A stretch of DNA of 64,000 nt from Paraphysomonas bandaiensis (Eukaryota; Protista; Chrysophyceae). Where the stretch lies: positions 1,221-65,220 of the forward strand of contig CBFFRP010000293.1 in NCBI GenBank assembly GCA_965644295.1, written 5' to 3'. The notes under the pieces are model-generated. The model made no database searches, was not told where the DNA came from, and was given only the letters and a program-made list of their open reading frames with translations. The translations under genes were made by a program, and so were the position numbers. Shown piece by piece: positions 24,547-36,332 of this stretch (positions are counted from its first letter, which is position 1; each line of letters begins with the position of its first letter).

Positions 24547-27500
24547 TCATTTTTTCTTATCTCGGTTGGTGAACATCATAATTACCATAGCAGTAATTGC
24601 GTATCCAAATCCATTCCACATCAGTGCTGCGATGTCGTAGTCAAAATTATCTATATTATACCCGATTTGATCGAGTCCAGCATCGACATTCATGTAGTCC
24701 TCGCCATTTAGAGGGCCAGTGGGAACAGTTTCATAGTATTTCACTTGAGACACATAGAATGCTTCTAGAGCCCATCGAGTTCCGGATATACGCCATAGCC
24801 AGCGAATGCTGTCTGGCAAGTCCCGCACCTCGTTTATGGTGGGGTTTGCTCCAGAAAAACCTACTGCATATAGAAGTGCAAAAAGGACTCCAGTCAAGAA
24901 CACATTCTTAGGTGAGGCAATGGAGGACAAAAAGAAACCAAGAGACCAGGCCCACCAGTACATTGCAAAGAAAAGTTCGTACAGCTCTCCGGTGCTACCG
25001 GTGTTCGGGAAGCGAATCTGAAACGCTAGCCAGAAGAATAGAGCTGCCATAACTATATTAGGCAATTCCACTAACCACTTGGCAATGAAGTACGGAACCG
25101 TTTTAAGTCCTGCGGCAGACTCACGCCAGTAGTTCACTTGCTCGTTACCAAAAGTTCCAGTTGAAATGGATATGGCGGCAAATATGGTTCCAAAAACGAG
25201 AAAATTAGCAGTTCCTTGATAACTATCAACCAGAGGTGATGTACAAGACTCGTGTAAATCTCTAGTCACAGTGCCACAAACCACATCTGGAAGTGGCCCC
25301 ACGTACTGTAGGTCCGTAGAAACAGAGGAAACAACTAACGCAACTCCAAGGTGAATAAGCATCTGGCTCAGGAATGCACCAAAGCGGCGGTATTTCTGTT
25401 TGAAAGCCCGAATAATGCAAACATAAAGCTGACCAAAGAGCCCAGGCGTATTTCTGATATCATCAGTTCTCGTAATTTCTTTGAATGCTTGTAGCACTAC
25501 GCCTTTTACATCATAAAAGAATGATGCCACAATACTCGAAAAGAATAAAGCCACAGAATGAAGAAATATACAGAACGCATTCGAATTTTGAAGGGGGTTT
25601 AATTCTGCAGCAACCCTTTCAGCATGTTCCGCGGAGTGTACCGTTACACTCACAGTTCTCCCTCCTATAGCGGTATTAGTGCGTGATCGAGGGCGCTACA
25701 ACATAAGTTGCTTTTAGACGCACATTCCATGCAAGTAAATACAAAACACATACCTGAGCTCCACCCTCAGGATCTTGCAAAAGAGTGTCTTTCATATTAC
25801 CCGTAGTGCTCTCACTTGTAGCCTCTGGCGGCGCATCCGGTTTATAGTCCAGCGGGCGTCCATTTATCTACATTGGGAATTATATGATCTGGATAAAAAT
25901 GAGAAATATCGTTCGTAAATACCTTGTTGTCCCAAAACCTGAACAAGTCCGAGGGAATGAAATCAGGGTCGTCCTTCCTGTCAACCGCTCCATTTGCAAC
26001 ATCCAAATAAAAGTCTGCGGGGTTAATGAGACCTTCTGGAATGAATCCAATGGACTCAAAGTATGCAGGAGCCTCGTCAATTGAGCCGTGATAAACCACT
26101 TGTCCTCCTTTCCCTAGAAGCAAAAGATCGTCGAACTCAAGGAAAGCTTGAATCGAAGGCTGGTGGATAACAGAGGCAATTGTCACGCCAGATCTCTTGG
26201 CAATGTCTTTGAGCTGTCTTGCCAATACAGCCGACGAAGTCGAGTCCAAGCCACTGGTGGGTTCGTCCTATAAGCAAACATTAGAGCTATATACAACCAG
26301 GTTGCACTGTTCGCTATTCACATTGAGGTGAACTTACCAAGAAAAGCACACGTGGAAGTGCAACAAGCTCGATACCGATGTTCACTCTGCTTAATATTAA
26401 GTAGGATATGATACAGAGGTGGATACCTTTTTCTCTGCCCACCAGATATGCCTCTCTCTCGCTCATCACCTGAAAGCCCGAGAATGAGACGGCAGTCGAG
26501 ACTTTAGACAAACAAACATACCTATTACAGAGTGCTGGACATGGTCGATACCAAGTGACAGTAGAGTTTCGTTGACGACCGCGTCTTTCTCTTCTCTGCT
26601 CATCTCAATGGGAAGCCTGTAGGAGGCAGAAAACTCGATATTGTCCCGTACAGACAATTGTCTAATCATGACGTCTTCTTGTGGCACAAAACCTACAAGT
26701 TTTTTCCACCTACACACAGGCACGTTCATCTTGTGAGGCGCTGATGTGCACACTTATATAATTTTGTACTTGGAAAGGTCGTCAACAATCTCTCCATTCA
26801 CTTTTATGATACCCTCCGTCTTGGCTGCTTTACCGGTAACAAGGTTAATTATAGTAGTTTTGCTAACACAAACCCATCAGCCATATAATAAAAGTAGTGA
26901 AGTCATACCCTGCCCCAGATGGCCCCATGATTGCACAAAGTCGCTTTGGCTTGAACTGTCCAGTCACACCTTTCATAATCTGCACTCCGGAGGGGAGTAT
27001 GAGGCCGACATCATTGAACTCAATTAAATATGTCATGTCCTGTTTACTTAGCTGTCGTTCTCCAACAACTGAACCATCCTCAGAAGATGTTATGGACATC
27101 TGTTGAGGCGAGGAAGGAGTTTTCCGGTTCATGGAAGGCTGCTGGACAGAGTCCTCAGGTATGGTTTCTGATACACCAGAAAGACGTGAGCTTCGCCGTA
27201 CTAGGGGACGAACACCCTCTGCAACACTCATCCGATCAATAGCGGCCGGAGATAACTCCTCCACAGCAGTCATAATGTTTTCCCCTTCCTTCCCTCCTTC
27301 TTTTGCCTGTACAAGCATCAAATTCTCGGCCTCCTTCACCTTGGACTCGATATAATACTTTATCAAAAAGGCCCCATAGAGGACAACTGCGATTACAAAT
27401 ATACTAATAAGCGCACCACTCCTGTTAGAATCCTCTGAACCAGCTGGACAACTTCCCTTGCTACCACACTCTAGGCCCTCAACATAACCTGTTTTGCAGA

Positions 27501-27949
27501 AATATCCCTCCTTGCACTCTTCGATCACTGACGGCGTCACACAGAAGTGCTAAGAAATGAGTGAAAACGTCAGCAAATGAGATAACCACTTCAAAAAGGC
27601 ATACCCCTTTGCAGCAATAAGACGGAGTTAACGTATTCTCGGGGCAATAGAATCCTGCAGCAGAGATCATACCATGAGGCCATTGGTCTGTACATTACAC
27701 ACCAGGAGTACAGGGGCACTGCAGCTCTCCATCGCTCGACCGTACAGTGCAGTTAGCAGCTGTGATAGCCGCCATATTGTCCTGAATCTGGTCCGAATTG
27801 TAGCCAGGACAGTAATATCCAGCAGGGCAGGTGAGATTTCCATCTGTCTGCTGACACTTGCAGGAGGATGAGGTAGCTCCTGGACACACCACTGTCACAG
27901 CTGCCGATAGGCGCAGACACACCAGAGAAATAACAACAAATACTTTCAT
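24547..27949 (-). CDS. ABCG half-transporter with an extracellular Cys-rich N-terminus, multi-exon
   Basis: Signal peptide; CPAGYYCP repeats; TM helix; Walker A GPSGAG(KT); VPQEDV, DEPTSGLD and IHQP motifs; C-terminal ABC2 membrane domain. Confidence 0.93.
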
Positions 27950-28029
27950 TGAGATTCTACCAATATCAAGACAATGGAGTGAATGACTCTTGTGCAATCT
28001 ACCCTTGCAAAGGATCTTTCCACAAGAAA

Positions 28030-28597
28030 GTATGTATGCATGTATGTATGTATGTATGTATGTATGTATGTATGTATGTATGTATGTATGTATGTATGTA
28101 TGTATGTATGTATGTATGTATGTATGTATGTATGTATGTATGTATGTATGTATGTATGTATGTATGTATGTATGTATGTATGTATGTATGTATGTATGTA
28201 TGTATGTATGTATGTATGTATGTATGTATGTATGTATGTATGTATGTATGTATGTATGTATGTATGTATGTAGGTATGTAGGTATGTAGGTATGTATGTA
28301 TGTATGTATGTATGTATGTATGTATGTATGTATGTATGTATGTATGTATGTATGTATGTATGTATGTATGTATGTATGTATGTATGTATGTATGTATGTA
28401 TGTATGTATGTATGTATGTATGTATGTATGTATGTATGTATGTATGTATGTATGTATGTATGTATGTATGTATGTATGTATGTATGTATGTATGTATGTA
28501 TGTATGTATGTATGTATGTATGTATGTATGTATGTATGTATGTATGTAGGTATGTATGTATGTATGTATGTATGTATGTATGTAGGTATGTATGTAT
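28030..28597 (+). repeat. (TATG)n microsatellite, about 570 bp, with a few TAGG variants
   Basis: Directly visible; generates the MYVC ORFs. Confidence 0.99.
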
Positions 28598-28658
28598 TGG
28601 ATCGTATCAGTTTAAGGTTTGGTATAGTTGTTCATCAAGTTGTTTGGTCTTTTGTTTA

Positions 28659-30000
28659 ATGCCACCAAAGGAAAAAGTCGTGGCAGCTGCTAGTGCACTG
28701 AAGAAAACTGCATCTGCAATTCCTCGCACCCCTATTGTCCCGGCTGATGTCCCTCCTAACGGGTGTAAGATAGTGTGCTGGAATGTCGCGGGGTTGAGAG
28801 GGACACTTAAGAATTCACCTGATATATTCAATAGTATAGTGGCCCAGCACGACCCGCATATAATCTGCTTGCAAGAGACTAAAATACAGACCTCTCATGA
28901 GGGGGATTTCGATCATATTCTTCCCCAGTATACGAAATACTGGGCATCATCCACAGCGAAGAAGGGATACGCCGGCACTGTAAATTAATAATTTATTTTG
29001 TGGTAGTCGTATATAATTTTTTTCGTCAGGCTGTGTTTGTGAAGACGTCCCAGAGCTTGCACGATAAGACTGTAAGTGGCAATGGTAAGAGCCAATCCAC
29101 CCTTACGTCCATGTGGAAGAAAGGCACGAAAAAGAGAAAACTTGAGAACGCAGATGATTCAAAAGCTGATAATGGGGAAGAAAAGAGTGCGGGTATTGAC
29201 TCCCTTTCTGTCCCCCTCGCAACAGATCTGCAAGTCCAGGAGGTTACGTATGAGTTACCTGATAGTCGTTTCTCAGGTACCATTTTCAGATATACCTCAT
29301 GGAAATAGTCGACAATTACATTGTGTGCAGGTGAAGGTCGAACTATCACTGTGGAATTTCCTCGATTTTTTCTGGTCAACTGCTATGTCCCTAACTCTGG
29401 CCAGAATCTTGAACGACTGGACTACCGAACCACGGAATGGTAAATCTCTTGTAACGTCATTTTTATGTAGTTGACTCTGTACTCTCTTCTCAGGGATCCG
29501 TACATGTACGAGTACCTGAAGTCCCTAGAGACCCGGAAGCCGGTTATATTTACTGGTGACCTTAATGTCGCACATCTTGATTTGGATATCCATAACCCTA
29601 CTGCCAAGCATATTGTGAAGCAGGCCGGCTTAACTCCACAAGAGAGAGCGTCATTTGGCTCGCTCCTTGCAACGGGGTTCCAAGACTCCCTTCGTTTTTA
29701 CTACCCAAGTATGCTGTTCAAGTTAGATATTCTTGCATGTGCTCATGACTGATAGGTCACGAAGGACAATTTACGTATTGGTCAATACGCACAAACGCCC
29801 GCCCGGTTAATAAAGGACTCCGTCTTGATTATTTCATGTGCTCTAAATCTATGTTTCCACCCATTCCTGATGCAGGGATAGAAGAACTGGACAGAATGAC
29901 GGTGCCCGTCCCGGGTGTTGTAGACTCATACATAATCCACGAAGGCACGGAGGGGTGCAGCGATCATTGCCCTGTCGCGCTTGTTTTGAAGCTACAGTGA
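28659..30000 (+). CDS. APE1: AP endonuclease / exodeoxyribonuclease III family, multi-exon
   Basis: WNVAG, CLQETK, GYAGT, EGR, YVPNSG, GDLNVAH, RLDYF and SDHCP motifs. Confidence 0.93.
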
Positions 30001-31072
30001 AGTCGCAAAAGCTGCAATGGTATGAAATGTAATAATTTCTTGTTGTAACGTACTATGTTAGATTAACCTTAACGCTTATGTCTTAGTAATAGTAACACGC
30101 TTGACCTCGTGATTACGATATACGATGATACATTTGTGGTTTACACGAAATGTGGTGAGTTGATCTCGAAACTTAAGAACTACTTTTTTGGGACAGGTTG
30201 TTGAGAAAATATATTGTCCGGTTGTATGAGCTATTTCGAAAACAGAATAGATGACCAGCGACATTCATAGTAGTATTGGTGCGCCGTAAACGTAGAATCG
30301 ACTTTGCGAAGTTGTAGGTCATAGGAGATAAAACGAGCCGATGAACTAAATATTGATACAAAATCTATGAATTCTTAAGTCTACGATACTTCAACATCGT
30401 TTTCCTGGAGAATTCTTCCGAATGAATTACGCTGTTAAATGTATATAAAAATTAAATTATAGATTTACCTTGCACATATTTTGCGAATTCCTGACATTGA
30501 GTACGAAGTACATGGAATAATGCAAGCAAATATAAGATTCTTTACAAAATGTTTATTATATTTCGACAGTAGGAATGGATGATAGATTTACCGCATTAAT
30601 GACGAATAGGAATGACACAGACTACAGCGCTCAACCGAAATTTATATAGGTATCAAATAAAGACAAAACGGGCATCATTTTGATGCATTAATATTCACCA
30701 TGTAGCCTTTACGTATTTGTGGTCTCCAAATACGTCGAAGAAGTACAAAGAAAAAATATGTATACAAGAATAGCTCAATGCAAAAACTAATGAGCAAAGT
30801 ATCTGCCTGTACACACCAATAAACTAATCAAAATAGTAAGTATCTAGCATGAGAAATTAATCGACTGGTATATATACCACCAGTGTTTGCAATACAAGGC
30901 TACATTGTAGGCTTGACATAAGCAAGAAATATAAAAACTAAATAAGCTGTCGGAAAACACCGCGACTCAACCTGGCAAAAGAAGCTTCCAATAGAAAGAC
31001 AACCGATTGAGAATGTAAAAATAACTTTGGGGTATTCATATTCGAACTAGGTGCCTTCAGAACTCTTCCGCA

Positions 31073-32750
31073 TTATAACTCTGGATGAATTCTTCTATTT
31101 TCATAGGCGCCTCTACTTTTAACTGATGTATTTTGAGTTTCGTGGAGATATACGGTATGAGAAGAACTAGGAAATACAGCCACATGTTCTACAGCCATAT
31201 CTATCATCTTGCTAATGTGACTTGAAACCACTTCAAGTGCATTCTCTTCTTTATCCTTCAATGTATCATCCACAGAGAGGGTCAATGAATAATAGATATA
31301 AGGAGTGACTGGAGGCAGTCCCTCCAAACGAACAGTTTCAGACCGGCGGCATCGACTGGATATCTGCAGTGGAAGTCTCTCGTAAACAGCGAAGTCCATC
31401 AAAATATCACCCTGAGCAATTTCCATAAGGCCCACCGCCAAGTTTATCGCTTTGCCGATAGCCACGTACTCCTTCCTTCTCTCGGTGCCCACAGCTCCGC
31501 AAAATACACTGCCAGTACTAAGGCCGATTGAAACTACATGACCCTGAAGAGAAGCCTCGTTTTTAATCATCAACGCACAGAGGAGGGCTTTCGAGAAGTT
31601 GGATGCATGAGAAGCGGTGGGTACACCCCAAAGTCCTACTAGCATACAGCCTCTGTGGTCAATGGAGAATTGTTGCATGAACCCCCCATATGCGTCAAAA
31701 CTTTTCTGCATGACTACAAAGAAGGGCTGCATACTAGATAGCTCTTCATAATCATGAGTTGTATAATTTTCTAATTTTAAACAGAGAGCTGTTACCGATC
31801 GAATCTCAGATAAAACACACAGTGCATTCGTGGCAACTGCATTGAGAACAGGGAGTGGGATACAGCTATATACTGCTAGTTCAGCGTCCGAATTCACTAC
31901 ACGTGATATATCTATGCCCTGTTTTCTTATGGTATATCCGAAATTAACCATCTGCTGTAGGATGTATTATTCAAACACAAAAAAATGCGTACAAACTAAC
32001 CGTAAACATACACCGAATGGTATGTAGAGACAGCGAGAGTTTTTTCCTGTAAATTCGAACAGGTGTATCGGAAGATTTAGGGCATTGGCACGCTGGACAC
32101 CCGACAACAACATCTTTAACAGAATTATAGACTTCAAGGGTGACGAGAAGATCATTTTCCCGAGACGAATCTAAACACCTCCCTGCGGTATCAATGCATG
32201 TACCGTTCATACAAAATCTGCAGCGGCCATTGTAGCCTCCCAACATTGCAAAACATATTCGTCCCCTCGAAATACCTACTTGCGTACCAATTTCTAGTTT
32301 ACAATTAGCCACTGCAAGACCACAGAAAACAGCCTTGACTGTATAACAGAAGGTATCAGTTTCCTCATGCGGCAAGAAAACACACACCAATGAGTTGTTG
32401 GTGAATTCTATCACTAAAGCAAATATTATCATTAAAGCGACAGCAAATACAATATAATTAACACGAACCATCTCCTCTATATGAGTAAACCAAATCCACA
32501 ATAGCGCTCACACAATTATTTGTGAGTACTCTCAATTGATCGATTCCAGAAGGGCCTCGCGAGCTGAGTTTGTTTGAAAGAGCAACAAGACCTGACAGCT
32601 TGACTATCATACAGCACCCATCAGAGTAGAAAGAGTTCCCTGGACGAGGAAACTTATCAAAATGTCGGACAAAGAAAGGCGAACACTGATGCAACGCCTC
32701 CAATGATTTAACTGATAACATGAGGACCAGACCAGGTAAGTTACCCAACA
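31073..32750 (-). CDS. degenerate soluble-adenylyl-cyclase-like protein (two class III cyclase domains)
   Basis: C1 and C2 similarity to ADCY10-type cyclases (SIGLSTGSVFCGAVG..RKEY..IG.AINLA); metal-binding Asp residues appear substituted. Start uncertain. Confidence 0.7.
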
Positions 32751-33129
32751 GTTGTTGGACAGCCGGGACAATTAGAATGCGGCGTGGTATTAACTGCCGC
32801 GTTTCTTTGTGTCAGCAGTGCGTCCATATGTTTGGGTTTCCTTGTCGTCACTGATGTGGGAATGTCTTCCTATCCCATCCAACAGCAACGTGGGCAGGTC
32901 ACTGTACACTCGTATAATCCTTCCTGGACACTGCTGTACACTGCTGTACATCTATCCACATATGGTACTGTACTGTACTGTACAGTCACAGGGTACGATA
33001 GCCTATCCCGCTGCTCTGTATACCTGCTGTATACTGTGCCATATACAGCAGTATACCAGGCGGGGCCGGATATCTAGCGGGGTGCACGAAACATCTTCCT
33101 GTTGACTGAGGGACGAGTCGAGATGAGGC

Positions 33130-33280
33130 AGGAGCACTGCAGCACAAGAGGAGCGGTGCAGGAAGGAGCACTGCAGGACAAGAGGAGCGGTGCAGGAAGG
33201 AGCACTGCAGCACAAGAGGAGCGGTGCAGGACAAGAGGAGCGGTGCAGGAAGGAGCACTGCAGGACAAGAGGAGCGGTGC
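33130..33280 (+). repeat. GC-rich minisatellite built from GAGCACTGCAG(C/G)ACAAGAGGAGCGGTGCAGGAAG units
   Basis: About 4-5 imperfect copies are visible. Confidence 0.85.
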
Positions 33281-33914
33281 TGTTGACGCCATCGCTCTTA
33301 TTCTAGTAGAAAGAAGAGTCTTGCGGCTACATATATATATATATTCGGGCTACATCAACCGCTGATATGTACGTTAGTACTAAACAGCTAACACAGTCTG
33401 CTGAGAGTGTCAGCCATTCGCTATCTCTTTATTTGGCAGACCTCCCTATAATTTTTGGTGCAGTACGATGTATGCGTATCAATAGGGTGACAGGCTGACT
33501 ATCCATGTGGTTCATACGGTGCATGTGGTTTAGGAATCAATCGACTTGAATCATTCCCTTGTATCAAACTATAGGTGTGTGAGTCGTGAAGGAGAATAGG
33601 CGCTGTTGTATATTCTGAGTGTATAACGTATATCAATGATTTATCTGAAGATCACTCGCGGCTTGCTTGTGTTTCTAGCAGTGTGTACACACTGGTTTCT
33701 ACCGAACGGTGTTTTTGTTTTGCCTACTGGCTGGCACTTTAGGCTTGCTTTTCACATCGAGCTACTTTCTTTAACAACTGGTTTATTTGAGCACCTTGAG
33801 CCACAACAAAGTATCAAAAGAAACAGTGCAACACCAATATATCTCTACACCCACCACCTGGCTTGAAACTAATCAAGAAGTCTGAAGAAGAGGAGACCAC
33901 AAGGGAACGAGAGC

Positions 33915-34100
33915 ATGCCGAAGCGTTCATTTAAAGGTGCCCTCACGTACTTGACAGTGCATACCAGACCAGATATTGCATATACTGTGAACTTACTATC
34001 ACTTTTCAACACAGGACCTACCTATGCCGCATGTCAAGTTGCACTACGTATTCTCTTGTTCCAAGAGAACTTAGTCAACCATGGTATAGTATTCACGAAT
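33915..34100 (+). pseudogene. relic copia RT fragment
   Basis: GALTYLTVHTRPDIAYTVNLLS..NTGPTYAAC aligns with copia-1 GAVLHLAIHTRPDLAYAVGLLARFSTSPTYATC. Confidence 0.8.
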
Positions 34101-34709
34101 TACACTGATGAAGTTAGAAGAGTACATCAATCACATGGTAGTCAAGACCACGGTCAACAGTAGCTACTTCTACTGTAGAAGCTGGATGCATACATTGATT
34201 TGATGGAGATATTACGGATGCGAGGGATGATGACAGATCATGGACTTCATGGCTTCGATCGTAGCAAATATGAGTCTCAATAATCCTGAGTTCGCACTAC
34301 AGTCGAAAAGTTGAAACACAACAATTTCCTGCATATGTACCAAGAGCGTATTAGTATATCACATAAGTAGCTGTGCAGTCTGGAATTTGTTGCAATGAAA
34401 ATAAATAACTGCAACAGTAGAAGAAGGAATGCATACACGAACAGATAAAATTAAACTATGTTATCTGTTATGAATATGATTGGCGTCAACAAAACTTCTA
34501 AACATCTTCCTCTGATATAACGACAAAAACGACCTCGTACGTTAAACGATCTATTTCAACCAAAGGGCTTCTTGCGCCTCCTTGAAACATAATGGAGATA
34601 ATTTATTCGTCGCTACTACTAACCACTGACCACAGTAGTATCGAAACTTAGATAAATGCGATCTATCATTTTACCAATTAATTAATTCATGTCATATAGT
34701 TATATTTAA

Positions 34710-34817
34710 CCACGGTCAATAAGGAGGCTATATCGTCCCGCGCTCAAAATTTTGAAATGAGTGCGAAAAGCCCGAGATTTAAAATTTAGATAAGGGACGA
34801 TACTCCTTATCCCCAGG
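34710..34817. mobile_element. piggyBac-type MITE (108 bp)
   Basis: TTAA on both sides (34706-34709, 34818-34821), CC...GG termini and imperfect TIRs (ATAAGGAG..TATCGTCCC / GGGACGATACTCCTTAT). Confidence 0.65.
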
Positions 34818-36332
34818 TTAAATTGTAGCTTATCCTCATGACGTTGAAAACTAAATATTAGATTGTATAGCTATTTTAGTTGCTTGCTTGCTGTAATAAG
34901 AAATAACTGTTCCCTGATTAACATTAAGAAAACAATAGAGAATTCATATTATTCAATTAAATGGTATGTATCTGTGTATATGCTTTTAGGACTTAGGGAA
35001 TAGCAATTGTACTAGATCAATTCAAAACAATAAACCCCCTAATTTATATATATAATAGCTACAACTCCTACCACAGAAGGATGCTGAGGGAATAGCAACT
35101 GCAAGGTGTTGGAATTCGTACATACGTGTGATGATGGATGTGAACAGTTGTAGTCGCACGAGAGGCTTCTTATTGCCTTAATTTTAGCATCAGCATCACA
35201 ATGCGCTTAACCTTTGCTAGTTCACCTGATTGAATGATGTGTATGATATTAGGCGCAAAACATCTTCATATAAGCACAATGCGAAAGAACTGGATGCCAC
35301 TGTTATTCACCACCTATAAAGCATCAGATATGGTACTTCAACTCTCCTAAATATTCTTGCAGTTGTTTCGAAGTCCTGGTTATGAAGGTAGATCGCTTGT
35401 ACTGACAGCATACACAGCAGTGGAAGGATGGAAATCACATACAAATAACTGTTAATGTCATAATTAAGATAGAAGTGAGCTTCTGTTAAGCCGAATATTG
35501 AAGTTGCATGTCTATATTTGCCCGGTGAAGATATAAAACAAAATGTGGATAATTGTTTCTTCAACTGCTGTATTCTTCAAGTAACCGTCATGTTTAAAAC
35601 CTTTAAAATACAGCTTATAATTCGTTACAAATAAGCAAAACTCAATATAAGCTATTTAAGCCTCCTCCACTTCTTGGCCTCGTAGAACAAATGAGGCGGC
35701 TTGATATCCGAGTTCCACGTAACTAGTGTGCTAATGTGTAACGGAAACTGACACTCTTAATGGATAGTTACGTAAAAACTAAATAATACCTAACCATGAG
35801 CAGATTTTTATCGCTTAAACTACCGGAAATTATCTAATAATTATTGATGTAATATATCCGCTTTGTGTATGCCGTCATTGTTTCGCTTTTATATCGATGT
35901 GTGACGAGTTGCGTAGCTTTTACTGCATTCTCAGGCATTTGCTGTCAACAACATAATTAACTAAAAATATGGTGTAAGCCTATGATTCTTTGCGTTCTGG
36001 ATATAGCGTCACAATCATCGACTAGTTCCTGTACGCTTATTCTAACAAGAAACTAGCCCACACCATATTAATGATACACAGTAGTCGTATGGGGATTATT
36101 ACAGCTTTTTGGTTGCACTGAACGCAAACAATAAAACTATTCACACAGACGACATCCACTCGACAACTGAGGGTAGCATTTTATCAGTAACGTCATGACC
36201 TCTACCACACTATCGAGCCATAAAATAACACTATATGAACATAATGTAACCATTTTCAATGGCAGTTACATTTTAATACAATGTCAGTGAATAATATACC
36301 GTATATCACAAAGTCATTGACACCATATCGAC

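Noticed and set aside
27949-28659. MYVC-repeat ORFs (also 63104-63989, including the HTYI repeat ORF)
   Set aside because: Translation artefacts of stop-free (TATG)n arrays.
32986-33365. Overlapping Cys/Ala/Pro-rich ORFs
   Set aside because: They arise from the minisatellite; no domain evidence.
35487-35528. About 40-bp similarity to 61881-61916 (CCGAATATTGAAGTTG...TTGCCCGG)
   Set aside because: Too short to classify; likely an old repeat remnant.
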